A DNA stretch of 64,000 bases, taken from Macrostomum lignano. Taxonomy: Eukaryota. A program made the translations under genes and the position numbers. Where the stretch lies: NCBI GenBank assembly GCA_002269645.1, contig NIVC01000022.1, positions 484,624-548,623 of the forward strand, given 5' to 3'. Shown one piece after another: positions 25,005 to 58,021 of this stretch. The stretch's first letter is position 1, and the number at the start of each line of letters is the position of its first letter. The notes beneath the pieces are model-generated. The model ran no database searches, was not told where the DNA came from, and saw only the letters and a list, made by a program, of their open reading frames with translations.

Positions 25005-26760
25005 ACTGCCATTTTATTTGAGGGAGTGCCATTGGATTTAAGGGAGTGCCATTGGATTTGAGGGAGTGCCATTTTATTTGAGGCAGTGCCATTGGATTTG
25101 AGGGAGTGCCATTTTATTTGAGGGAGTGCCATTGGATTTGAGGGAGTGCCATTGGATTTGAGGCAGTGCCATCTGATTTGAGACAGTGCCATTGGATTTG
25201 AGGGAGTGCCATTTTATTTGAGGGAGTGCCATTGGATTTGAGGGAGTGCCATTAGATTTGACGGAGTGCCATTTTATTTCACAGGGGCCATTTGATTTGA
25301 GGGAGTGCCATTAGATTTGAGGCAGTGCCATTGGATTTGAGGGAGTGCCATTTGATTTGAGGGAGTGCCATTGAATTTGAGGCAGTGCCATTTTATTTGA
25401 GGGAGTGCCATTGGATTTGAGGGAGTGCCATTGAATTTAAGGGATTGCCATTGAATTTGAGGCAGTGTCATTGGATTTGAGGGAGTGCCATTGGATTTGA
25501 GGGAGTGCCATTGAATTTGAGGCAGTGCCATTGAATTTGAGGCAGTGTCATTGGATTTGAGGGAGTGCCATTGGATTTGAGGGAGTGCCATTGGATTTGA
25601 GGCAGTGTCATTGGATTTGAGGCAGTGCCATTGAATTTGAGGGAGTGCCATTGAATTTGAGGCAGTGCCATTTTATTTGAGGGAGTGCCATTGGATTTGA
25701 GGGAGTGCCATTGGATTTGAGGCAGTGCCATTTTATTTGAGGGAGTGCCATTGGATTTGAGGGAGTGCCATTGGATTTGAGGCAGTGCCATTGGATTTGA
25801 GGGAGTGTCATTGGATTTGAGGCAGTGCCATTGAATTTGAGGCAGTGCCATTTGATTTGAGGCAGTGCCATTGGATTTGAGGCAGTGTCATTGGATTTGA
25901 GGCAGTGTCATTGGATTTGAGGCAGTGCCATTGGATTTGAGGCAGTGCCATTAGATTTGACGGAGTGCCATTTTATTTCACAGAGGGCCATTTGATTTGA
26001 GGCAGTGCCATTTGATTTGAGGCAGTGCCATTGGATTTGAGGCAGTGCCATCTGATTTGAGACAGTGCCATTGGATTTGAGGCGGTGCCATTTGATTTGA
26101 GGCAGTGCCATCTGATTTGAGACAGTGCCATTTGATTTGAGGGAGTGCCATTAGATTTGACAGAGTGCCATTTTATTTCACAGAGGGCCATTTGATTTGA
26201 GGCAGTGCCATTTGATTTGAGGCAGTGCCATTTGATTTGAGGCAGTGCCATTGAATTTGAGGCGGTGCCATTGGATTTGAGGCAGTGCCATTTGATTTGA
26301 GGCGGTGCCATTTGATTTGAGGCAGTGCCATCTGATTTGAGACAGTGCCATTTGATTTGAGGGAGTGCCATTTGATTTGAGGGAGTGCCATTGAATTTGA
26401 GGGAGTGCCATTGGATTTGAGGGAGTGCCATTAGATTTGACGGAGTGCCATTTTATTTCACAGAGGGCCATTTGATTTAAGGCAGTGTCATTGGATTTGA
26501 GGCAGTGCCATTGGATTTGAGGCAGTGCCATTGGATTTGAGGCAGTTCCATTAGATTTGAGGCAGTGCCATTTGATTTGAGGCAGTGCCATTGGATTTGA
26601 GGCAGTGGCATTGGATTTGAGGCAGTTCCATTAGATTTGAGGCGGTTCCATTTGATTTGAGGCGGTGCCATTTGATTTGATGCAGTGCCATTTGATTTGA
26701 GGCAGTTCCATTAGATTTGAGGCGGTGCCATTTGATTTGAGGCAGTGCCATTTGATTTGT
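25005..26760. repeat. 20-bp tandem array (GAGGGAGTGCCATTGGATTT)
   Basis: About 1.75 kb of units. Confidence 0.95.
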
Positions 26761-27526
26761 TTAATGTTGAGTACAATAGAAAACTCTAAGAAGGTGAAAG
26801 AGAATTCCACAATTTATCAAAATAAGCTAGCGAAGCTCGCCGAGCGCAAAAAGTTGGAAAAAAGATCACACGTCAAGCAATGCGGTTTTGCATTCGTCAT
26901 TTGTATTTCAATGGAACCGAAAATTCTCAATTTTAGATTATAAAAATGATTGCCCAGCGCACACACAAAAAGTCCTTAAGCGCGATGACCGAAACCGAGA
27001 GCATCATAGACGGGGTGGGGGTACCAACAGCAATTATTTTGGTCGTATTGAAGTCGTTGGGCAAAAATGCATCATTATTAGTAATAATAAATAATAAATA
27101 AGCCATGACACATGCTGGGGAGAAGCCGCGTCAAAAAAATTCAGGCTAAAGCAAACAAATTTCATTTCCCATTGACTCAATTTGGCCAGGTCCGGAATAA
27201 CAGGTGAGACTCGAATTTCAAAAATGCTAATTCCGAATCGCTAAACACTTGATACCATAGTTACTGGAATAATAAGATCTGTCACTCGCAAAAATGCGTT
27301 TTAGCTTTAAGATAGAAATTTAAAAACATTTGCTTATCAAGATGTTTAAAGCTTTTAAAGTTGGAACAATCGCTTCTTCTGGCTTTCTAAAAGCAGACCC
27401 ATTAAATTAGCATCTTCACTCTGTTTGAAGCTGTACCCAAATCCAGTGCGTGTGCATTAGTGAGCAAGAGAGAAAAGGGTGGTGCCGCAGGCCCCAGCCA
27501 GATAAACAGTTGGCTTTCCGCTTGCC

Positions 27527-27755
27527 CTCTCCTTACTGCTCTCTCATTGGCTGAGCCAGATTGGGCGGCCTGTCCCCCCCCCTATCCAGGCAGCGTTTCG
27601 TCCGTCTAACTTTGACCTCTCTCCTTACTGCTCTCTCATTGGCTGAGCCAGATTGGGCCTGCCCCCCCCCTACCCAGGTAGCGTTTCGTCCGTCTAACTT
27701 TGACCTCTCTCCTTACTACTCTCTCATTGGCTGAGCCAGATTGGGCCTGCCCCTA
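27527..27755. repeat. About 90-bp unit, 2.5-3 tandem copies
   Basis: CTCTCCTTACTGCTCTCTCATTGGCTGAGCCAGATTGGG repeats at about 27527, 27619 and 27707. Confidence 0.85.
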
Positions 27756-28340
27756 GGCTGAATTTCATCCTCTTGCATTCACTTGTGTACATCGTCGAGT
27801 TAAAAGCTTGCTGTTTATTCTTAACCCTATATGCTCCTGAGGCTGCAAACCCCAAGGAAAAGGGAAATTTTAGCTGCCACATTAAATTTAAGTGACACTG
27901 CGCAAACAAACTACTGAGAAAATGAGTAGACGCTCTGCTAATCAAAACTTTAATTGCGAGTGATGTACCTAGTTACTGCAGCATATGCCTGATACAAATG
28001 TAAATTTAGCCGCATGAAAAATGCTTAGTAAAACAAAAAATTGTTGCTCAAATTTGAACGCTAAACATTATAAAGTTTAAACAAAGAATTCAATTTATTG
28101 AATTATAAAAAACGCGAAATACGAGCTATTATTAATAATAAAACAATGAATATATTAAACATTAAAACACGCGAAAATTTTGCGCTACAGTTTAACTCCT
28201 GTCATTATTTTTGTATTGACCAATTTTAAAACAATAAAAGCAACAAAAACGCACAAACCAATGCTACGCTGAAACCGTCAAGTTGATTTTTTAACAAAAT
28301 TTTCATCAGTAAGCAATACGATTCGGCACTGGAGGCCTCC

Positions 28341-49395
<21,055 letters not shown>

Positions 49396-49477
49396 CTGCA
49401 AGGTAGAGGGCGGCAGGTAGGACAAATAAGGTCGATTTTTTATTACATAGCCATACGCATTTACGAGCTAGATAACT

Positions 49478-51347
49478 GAGTGGAAAAATCCACTGCACAG
49501 ATTCCTCAATGGAAAATTCCACTGCACAGATTCCTCACTGGAAAATTCCACTGCACAGATTCCTCACTGGAAAATTCCACTGCACAGATTCCTCACTGGA
49601 AAATTCCACTGCACAGATTCCTCACTGGAAAATTCCACTGCACAGATTCCTCAGTAGAAAATTCCACTGCACAGATTCCTCAATGGAAAATTCCACTGCA
49701 CAGATTCCTCAATGGAAAAATCCACTGCACAGATTTCTCACTGGAAAATTCCACTGCACAGATTCCTCACTGGAAAATTCCACTGCACAGATTCCTCACT
49801 GGAAAATTCCACTGCACAGATTCCTCAGTAGAAAATTCCACTGCACAGATTCCTCAATGGAAAATTCCACTGCACAGATTCCTCACTGGAAAATTTCACT
49901 GCACAGATTCCTCAATGGAAAATTCCACTGCACAGATTCCTCAATGGAAAATTCCACTGCAGATCCTCAATGGAAAAATCCTCTGCACAGATTCCTCAAT
50001 GGAAAATTCCACTGCAGATCCTCAATGGAAAATTCCACTGCACAGATTCCTCAATGGAAAATTCCACTGCAGATCCTCAATGGAAAAATCCTCTGCACAG
50101 ATTCCTCAATGGAAAATTCCACTGCACAGATTCCTCAATAGAAAATTCCACTGCAGATCCTCAATGGAAAATTCCACTGCACAGATTCCTCACTGGAAAA
50201 TTCCACTGCAGATTCCTCAGTGGAAAATTCCACTGCAGATTCCTCAATGGAAAAATCCACTGCACAGATTCCTCAGTAGAAAATTCCACTGCACAGATTC
50301 CTCAATGGAAAATTCCACTGCACAGATTCCTCACTGGAAAATTCCACTGCACAGATTCCTCAATGGAAAATTCCACTGCACAGATTCCTCATTAGAAAAT
50401 TCCACTGCACAGATTCCTCACTGGAAAATTCCACTGCACAGATTCCTCAATGGAAAATTCCACTGCACAGATTCCTCAATGGAAAATTCCACTGCAGATC
50501 CTCAATGGAAAATTCCACTGCAGATCCTCAATGGAAAATTCCACTGCAGATCCTCAATGGAAAATTCCACTGCAGATCCTCAATGGAAAATTCCACTGCA
50601 GATCCTCAATGGAACATTCCACTGCAGATCCTCAGTGGAAAATTCCACTGCAGATCCTCAATGGAAAATTCCACTGCAGATCCTCAATGGAAAATTCCAC
50701 TGCAGATCCTCAATGGAAAATCCCACTGCAGATCCTCAATGGAAAATTCCACTGCAGATCCTCAATGGAAAATTCCACTGCAGATCCTCAATGGAAAATT
50801 CCACTGCAGATCCTCAATGGAAAATTCCACTGCAGATCCTCAATGGAACATTCCACTGCAGATCCTCAGTGGAAAATTCCACTGCAGATCCTCAATGGAA
50901 CATTCCACTGCAGATCCTCAATGGAAAATTCCACTGCAGATCCTCAATGGAAAATCCCACTGCAGATCCTCAATGGAAAATTCCACTGCAGATCCTCAAT
51001 GGAAAATTCCACTGCACAGATTCCTCAGTGGAAAATTCCACTGCAGATCCTCAATGGAAAATTCCACTGCAGATCCTCAATGGAAAATTCCACTGCAGAT
51101 CCTCAATGGAAAATTCCACTGCAGATCCTCAATGGAAAATTCCACTGCAGATCCTCAATGGAAAATTCCACTGCAGATCCTCAATGGAAAATTCCACTGC
51201 AGATCCTCAATGGAAAATTCCACTGCAGATCTTCAATGGAAAATTCCACTGCAGATCCTCAATGGAAAATTCCACTGCACAGATTCCTCAGTAGAAAATT
51301 CCACTGCACAGATTCCTCACTGGGAAATTCCACTGCACAGATTCCTC
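49478..51347. repeat. 29/26-bp satellite (GGAAAATTCCACTGCACAGATTCCTCAAT) in a CAD intron, truncated by the Polinton
   Basis: The 29-bp variant dominates to about 50450 and the 26-bp variant after it. The array stops abruptly at AGTAGT (51348). Confidence 0.95.
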
Positions 51348-51618
51348 AGTAGTATATAAAAAGACGCTTCTAGACCCAGAGCACTTTTTTAATGACCGTT
51401 TTAAGGGTCTAGAGGGGGGACACGGGGGGTAAATAAAAAAACACATCTAAACACCATTAATACATCTAATCACCCATAATCACCCCTAACAATAAAAATC
51501 ACTTCCCAACACTTCCAAACACTCCCCAACACCCCCCTCGCGTCCCCCCACTTAAGACCTTACAAACGGTCATTAAAATAAGGTCTGATCTAGAAGCGTC
51601 TTTTTCTATACTACTACT
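51348..51618. repeat. Terminal fold-back: imperfect inverted repeat of the element end
   Basis: AGTAGTATATAAAAAGACGCTTCTAGA...TTAATGACCGTTT (51348-~51420) recurs inverted as AAACGGTCATTAA...TCTAGAAGCGTCTTTTTCTATACTACTACT (~51545-51618). A C/A-rich repetitive spacer lies between them. Confidence 0.9.
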
Positions 51619-51837
51619 CTATAACCCCTTGCCCGCGCCGCAGGCGCGAAGGGTCGGAAAGAATAGAAGCTATTTATAGTCAGCTCACCTACCCACCCAA
51701 CATTCCATTTAGACCAGATTTTAGACCAAACAAAACTAGACTATCGTTTTGGTTTTCGTTTTCAAAAATTTGGTCCAAAATCCGGTCCAAATGGAATGCA
51801 GACAATCTTTTTTCTGTTACTAAAAATAGAACAAAAA

Positions 51838-52236
51838 ATGACACACGTTACACATATGCAAAATCTGAATGAATTGCAGGTAGGAGACCCAGTTGAATAC
51901 CGAGGTGAGGGGCTTTTTGATGTGGTTGGAACAGCAGCAAATTTCGTTAAAGACAATATGGGGCTTATAGGGCAAGCTGGCTCTGCAGCAGGCTCTATAA
52001 CAAATGCTGTAAAAGGAGGAATTGAAGCAGCTAGAGCGGCAGAAGAACTAAAGAAATTGAGAGATTTTAACGACACCCTCTCACAAATAAATGCAATAAA
52101 AGATTTAAAGCTGGCACAAGCCGCACAACCAACAGAAACCCCCACGAAAAGCGCACCAATAAGTAATAAAGATATTCAGGATTTTAATAAAATGTTAAAT
52201 ACTATTAAAGGTGGAAAAGGATTAAAGAAATTTTAA
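51838..52236 (+). CDS. Small Polinton virion core/membrane-lytic candidate protein (pVI-like by position and motifs)
   Basis: ATG in AAAAATG context (track start at 51796 also possible). YRGEG-LFDVVGTAANFVK amphipathic segment after a GxG motif. C-terminal KGGKGL protease-site-like motif. Functional call is inference. Confidence 0.5.
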   Translation: MTHVTHMQNLNELQVGDPVEYRGEGLFDVVGTAANFVKDNMGLIGQAGSAAGSITNAVKGGIEAARAAEELKKLRDFNDTLSQINAIKDLKLAQAAQPTETPTKSAPISNKDIQDFNKMLNTIKGGKGLKKF

Positions 52237-52246
52237 CAATATAAAA

Positions 52247-53233
52247 ATGGACACAGATAACGACCGCTTATATTTTATAGGAGAAATTGTAGATACTTTA
52301 GATCTAGATGATAATAAACATAGCCACACAATGTTAAAAAGATTGGATCGATTAGGTAAAAAGTTTGACTACGACATCGATACATTTAAACTCGCAGCAA
52401 AATATGCACAAGAAGGAAGGCCAATATCCTTTAAGAATCGCGGCAGAAATTATAGGTTAACAGACTCCGATGTGAAATTTTTAATGGAGACTCACACTAA
52501 AAAGGACGGCGGATTACTACCCATTCTACCGCTTCTTTTAGGACTTGGCGCAGCTGGAGCAGTCGGTTTAGCCGGAAAAAGAATTCATGATAATGTAAAA
52601 CAGCTAGGAGAGTTAAGAGCGAAACAGGGGGGAATCTTGCCCCTTGCAGCTTTGCTCCCAATAATTTTTGCAGGAATTGGAGCAGCTGGAGGAGTTGCTG
52701 GCGGAGCAGCTGGAATTGCAAAAGCAGTAAATGACAAAAAAGCTGCGGACGAAAAAGCTAAAAGAGAGGCCGAATTTCAAAGACAGCAAATAACGCAGGA
52801 CGCACAATTTAAACAGAAACTTATTGATACCATTAATAGTAGTTCAGCAACAGCAGAGCAAAAAAGAAATGCAGAAGCTAGGTTAGCAGCCGGAAAAGGT
52901 TTACTCTTGCAAGGAACAAATCACGGGAATGGTTTGGTACTAAAAGGAACAACCCAAGGAAGTGGAGTTGTCGCAGATAAACTACATGAATTTGGCCAAA
53001 CTTTAGAAAAAACGGGTGAGAAAGCTAAAGGATTTTTTGACAATATTGGATCCAATTTTAGACCAGCTGTTCAGAAAATTTTTAATAAATTAGGAAAAGA
53101 TTTTAACATCATTGAAAAACACGACGGAAGCGGATTATATCTCGAAATGAGACCAAAAGCAGGTTCAGGAATTTTCTTAAATTCAAATGTTATGGGAAAT
53201 GGATTGCTATTACCAAAAGCAGATCTCGAATAG
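52247..53233 (+). CDS. pX-like ('gasderminX'-type) core protein with two adenovirus-pX-like hydrophobic segments
   Basis: DGGLLPILPLLLGLGAAGAVGLAG and QGGILPLAALLPIIFAGIGAAGGVAGGAAGIA resemble the adenovirus pX C-terminus (GGILPLLIPLIAAAIGA). Six GxG(L/V/I) motifs in the C-terminal third. Confidence 0.7.
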   Translation: MDTDNDRLYFIGEIVDTLDLDDNKHSHTMLKRLDRLGKKFDYDIDTFKLAAKYAQEGRPISFKNRGRNYRLTDSDVKFLMETHTKKDGGLLPILPLLLGLGAAGAVGLAGKRIHDNVKQLGELRAKQGGILPLAALLPIIFAGIGAAGGVAGGAAGIAKAVNDKKAADEKAKREAEFQRQQITQDAQFKQKLIDTINSSSATAEQKRNAEARLAAGKGLLLQGTNHGNGLVLKGTTQGSGVVADKLHEFGQTLEKTGEKAKGFFDNIGSNFRPAVQKIFNKLGKDFNIIEKHDGSGLYLEMRPKAGSGIFLNSNVMGNGLLLPKADLE

Positions 53234-53317
53234 GCTCCTGGGGAGAGGTTCTGGACACCAAAAACACAAAATTAAAAAATCAATAATTCAAACATTATAT
53301 AAATTTTATTCTATAAA

Positions 53318-53503
53318 ATGGAAGCAATTTTAGCTCAAATCGACAACCCTGAACTTAGAGCGCAATTAATAGCTCAAATCGATGCACAACGAATTGCCGA
53401 TAGGGCTGAAATAGAAGCAAGAATTAGGGCAGAAAATGAGATACGTTTAGAAAGACAATTAAATGATATTAATAACCCCAACCACAAGGACAAAATGGAG
53501 TGA
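53318..53503 (+). CDS. Short coiled-coil ORF, possibly the frameshifted N-terminus of pPolB
   Basis: TATAAAATG start. Overlaps the first pPolB fragment (53463) in another frame. Confidence 0.4.
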   Translation: MEAILAQIDNPELRAQLIAQIDAQRIADRAEIEARIRAENEIRLERQLNDINNPNHKDKME

Positions 53504-56500
53504 AGTAATATATATAGATATAGATATAAATACAAATTATAAAGAATATTTTAAACAAATGAAAGATAAATTAAAGACCATATTAAACAATTATACTATA
53601 AGGCCAAATAACAAACGACAGCCAATTAAGTATAAAATAGAAGTTGAAACAGAATTTAAAAAACCAAATATTCTTAATGCAAATTCAGAAATTGAAGTAA
53701 TAAATAACTTTTCACAAGAATCATATAAAACATTATTATCACTGGGAAATTACAACAATCAATTCGATCAAATAGAAGCTGAGTTTGATGAATGGATAGA
53801 TAAGATGACAGAAAACGGATCTGGGTTTATATTTGTTTCATGCAATTCAGCAACAGTAAAGATTGCACCATAGAAATTCTTAAAGGACGATCACATATGA
53901 AGCTCAAATTTAAATCACCTATGATTATAAATCCAGACAATAAAGATAATAAATGTTTATTATGGTGTTTATTAATTCATAAATATCACAATCAAGTAGA
54001 ATCACACATTAATAAAATATATAATTATAGACAATATGAGGATGAAATAATAATGAAAAACATATCATACCCAGTAGCAATAGATGATATATATAAGATT
54101 GAAAAAATGAATGGTTTAAATATTAATGTGTTTACAATTGAAGAACCAAAAGATCTAGAAGAAATTCAGCAGGTCGATCCAGAATGGTATAAGAAAAACT
54201 GTTATCTTGTTAAGCCAGCAACTGATATAACAGCACCAGATCAAATCGATCTTTTGTACATGCAGCGCGAAAATGAAACACATTATATATACATAAAAGA
54301 TATTAGTTCTTTTTTAAGAGAAAATAGAAATAGATATCCACTATGTAGAAATTGTTTTACATTTAAAAAGGATGAAACAGCTCTTAAAAACCACCAACGA
54401 TTTTGTTTAGATCACAAATTTACTAATGCTATAATGCCAGCATCTGAAGATGCAACCCTAATGTTCCAACAACATTATATGGCAGTTAAAAAACCAATAG
54501 TAATATATGCTGATTTTGAAGCAACAAATGTTCCCTTAAAAGAATCACAGACGGTATCTGATGACGGTCATGCAAAGCATGCGACCCTACGGGACGGTGA
54601 ATGCACAAAAAAATTGGCACAACAGTTTCCGAATAGTTATTGTATATATGTACACTCTGTAGCTGATCATATATTTAAATCAAGGATGATTACTTACCAC
54701 GGTAATGATGCAGCTAAGCACATGGCAGAATCATTAGTAAATGTATTTGAATATATTCAAAATCAATATGATAAATTATCAAAAAATATTAATATGACAA
54801 ATAAGGATAGAGACAATTATAAAAATGCAACAAATTGTTTTATGTGCAAAAGATATTTAAGTAAGAAAATAAGATACGAGAACATTGTCATCTAACAGGA
54901 AATTATCGAGGGGCAGCATGTAGATCATGTAATGCAAAAGAAGGAAAAGGATGTAAGGAAATACCAGTATTTTTTCATAATGGTTCCGGATATGATTTTC
55001 ATTTCTTAGTTCGAGAATTGCTTCATTTAGGAAAGGATGAATATGAAATAAATATATTACCTAAAACATCAGAAAATTACATATCAATAACATATGGTAA
55101 GAAATACTCCCATCTAGTTTTTCTAGATTCCTTGAGATTCTTATCAACATCTTTAGCAAATGTTGTTTCATCATTAGTTCCAAAACCATGGGATTTAGAA
55201 ATAGTAAAGAAAAACTTTCCAATACTATTGAATCGTTTCAAAAAAGAAAAACTATCCGAGGAAGAACTAATGCTATTAACTCGTAAGGGCATCTATCCAT
55301 ATGAATATGTAACATCTGAAGACGTATTTTTTCATACCGAATTACCCCCAATTGAAAAGTTTTATTCAACATTATCACAAACAAACATAAGTGAATCGGA
55401 TTATGAACACGCTCAAAAAGTATGGAAATACTTTAATTGTAAAACATTTAAAGATTATCATAATCTATATCTTAAAGCAGATGTTCTCCTATTAGCTGAT
55501 GCATTTGAAAACTTTAGGAATCATACATATGAGAATTTTAAAATTGATCCCGCATATTGTTTCAGTGCACCGGGATTAACATGGGCTTGTGGTTTGAAAT
55601 ACACAGATGTTAAGATTGATTTACTAACTGATCATGATATGTTGTTAATGATTGAGAGAGGAATTCGCGGCGGATTCTCGGGTGTACTAGGAGATAGATA
55701 TACTAAAGTAAATAATAAATATCTACCAAATTATAATAAAAAAGAAAAATCATCATATGTATTATATCTAGATGCAAACAATTTATACGGTGGTTGTATG
55801 AAACAAAAATTACCAATAGCTGATTTCCAATGGGAAGATGACCCCGATTATTACAAAAATATTCCCGAAGGAAGGGGCTGTATCGTAGAAGTGGATTTGC
55901 AATATACTCGGGAAGCAAAAGCAAAAACATATAAATATCCTTTAGCTCCAGAGCATTGTTCAGTTAATGAAGATGATTTATCACAAACACAAAAAGATTA
56001 TCTTAAAGCAGATAATGCAAAACATCTAGCAACAAAAAAATTAATATTAAATTTACATGATAAGAAAAACTATGTAGTGCATTATAAGCTTCTACAATTT
56101 TATGAAAACAGGGATTAAAAGTGTCTAAAGTACATCGAACAATATCGTTTATTGAGGAAGATTGGTTAGCTAAATATATTGACTTTAATTCAAATCAGAG
56201 ACAGATGTCAAAAACAAATTTTGAGAAAGATTATTGGAAATTAATGAATAATGCTTTTTATGGAAAAACGGTTGAAAATATTAGAGATAGAACCCAATTC
56301 CATTTAGAAAAGGATATTGATAAAGCAAAGAAATATTTCTCAAAACCTAACTTTAAAGACTTTATAAAATTTGATGATAACTTTATGGGTATTCATATGA
56401 GAAATAAAACAACAAAATTTCTTAAACCAATATTTATTGGAATGGTTGTTTTAGATTATGCAAAGCTGGTAATGTATGAATATTATTATGATGTTATAAA

Positions 56501-57299
56501 TAAAACATGGCCAGATAACTATCCAATATATGCAGACACCGACAGTTTGGTATTTAAGGTTGAAACAGATGATCGGGCAAAGCCCACGAACCAAAGGTTC
56601 GATGTCTATAAAGATATGGAAAAAATTAAGGATACACTGGATACCTCCGACTATCCGGATAACCATCCTTTAAAATCAGATCAAAATAAAAAAGTTGTAC
56701 TTAAAATGAAAGATGAATTAAATAGCAAAATCATAACCGAGTTTATAGCAATAAGATCAAAATGCTATGCATTTAAGGTTTTAGGACAGGAGGGAGAGGT
56801 AAAAAAAATAAAAGGGGTATCAAGAGCAGCAGTAAAAAAGATAACATTTGATGATTATAAAAACGTACTTTTAGATTACCTTAATACAATTGAAAATTAT
56901 CATGCTCCACAATATCGATTAAATTCAGATAAGCATCAGATGTTTGTCATCGAGACAGATAAAAAAACATTAAGTCCATTTGATGATAAAAGATATTTAG
57001 ATGATAAAATTAAAACATATCCATATGGTTTAAAAGAAGAGATAAAAAATATGATAAAAGATAAAAAACAAAAAGAAGATATAATAAGTAAATATAATGA
57101 ATACAAAGCGGCAATAAATAATTATTATTACGATTGTGATTGTGAATCCGAATGTGATTGTGAATATAATACATTTCTAGAATATGAAAAAGATATAGAT
57201 AATTATTATTCAACATTTCCAAAAGAACTTAAAAAATTAAATAAGGAAAAAGTCTTGAATAACTGGAAGAGATTAACAGAAAAATTACTTATCGGATAA
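53463..57299 (+). CDS. polB: Protein-primed family B DNA polymerase (pPolB) with an inserted endonuclease VII-like Zn finger; split by three single-base frameshifts (~53870, ~54870, ~56108)
   Basis: ENGSGF; IINPDNKDNKCLLW; ExoI IYADFE; C..C...IREHCHLTGNYRGAACRSCN (second frame across 54870-54930); ExoII FFHNGSGYDFH; KGIYPYEY; ExoIII YLKADV; IRGG; motif A YLDANNLYG; motif B KLMNNAFYGK; motif C YADTDS; KCY. Confidence 0.95.
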
Positions 57300-57314
57300 A
57301 ATCCGCGAAAAAAA

Positions 57315-57650
57315 CTAAAGCATGTAATTGTTTAAGCATAATATCCATTTCGATTTCATATAATATTGAAGGCCAATTTCCTCGCAGTCATCAGGGTAAC
57401 TTAAACAATCCTTTATTTTTTTCCTAAGTTTTTTTATTTTTCTAACCAATCTATCTATTTCAATTTCAATTACTATTTCAGCATAAACAATATCTTGTCT
57501 TAAAAAACGTTTTCTTTTATCTATCTCATATCGGATGGGAAACATATCGTCCCCATACTCATGATATTTCTGAGATATAATTATATTTATTTTTTTATTA
57601 ATATCATTAAGTTCACGCTCTTTAGTGATAAGGATTTTTATCGTATCCAT
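57315..57650 (-). CDS. Hypothetical Polinton protein (basic, coiled-coil)
   Basis: 111-aa ORF with AAAATG start, converging on the polB stop. No recognised motif. Confidence 0.5.
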   Translation of the reverse strand: MDTIKILITKERELNDINKKINIIISQKYHEYGDDMFPIRYEIDKRKRFLRQDIVYAEIVIEIEIDRLVRKIKKLRKKIKDCLSYPDDCEEIGLQYYMKSKWILCLNNYML

Positions 57651-57701
57651 TTTCTTATAAAAAATTTACTTATTCGTCATCCTCCCAAACCGAAGCCAAT
57701 T

Positions 57702-57995
57702 TTACAGTCCTATCACTCTTTTTATTTTTTGTTGTTTTAGTTTAAATTGCAATCCACCCTCGTTGCTGTATTTCATAACAAACGCTTTAGGTTTATTAAT
57801 AACTAAAACAGGAAAATTTTTAACATCATCTCCGCTTAGACATAAAATTTTTTGCCCATCTAATTGTAAAAATATTGATTGAAGCCCAATAAATTTAACC
57901 TGTCTCAAACATATAATATTATATTCTTTATTCTCCAACATATTGGGTGTGAGATAATTAATCACATTAGAATCGGTTTTGAACCAGCTCTCCAT
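57702..57995 (-). CDS. Hypothetical Polinton protein
   Basis: 97-aa ORF with TTAAAAATG start. No recognised motif. Confidence 0.5.
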   Translation of the reverse strand: MESWFKTDSNVINYLTPNMLENKEYNIICLRQVKFIGLQSIFLQLDGQKILCLSGDDVKNFPVLVINKPKAFVMKYSNEGGLQFKLKQQKIKRVIGL

Positions 57996-58021
57996 TTTTA
58001 ATCTAAAAAAATAACAAAAAA

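Noticed and set aside
27100-27140. THAGEKP, resembling a C2H2 zinc-finger linker
   Set aside because: There is an in-frame stop just upstream and no Cys/His finger pattern.
49480-51359. 604-aa and other + strand ORFs
   Set aside because: They are translations of the 29/26-bp satellite.
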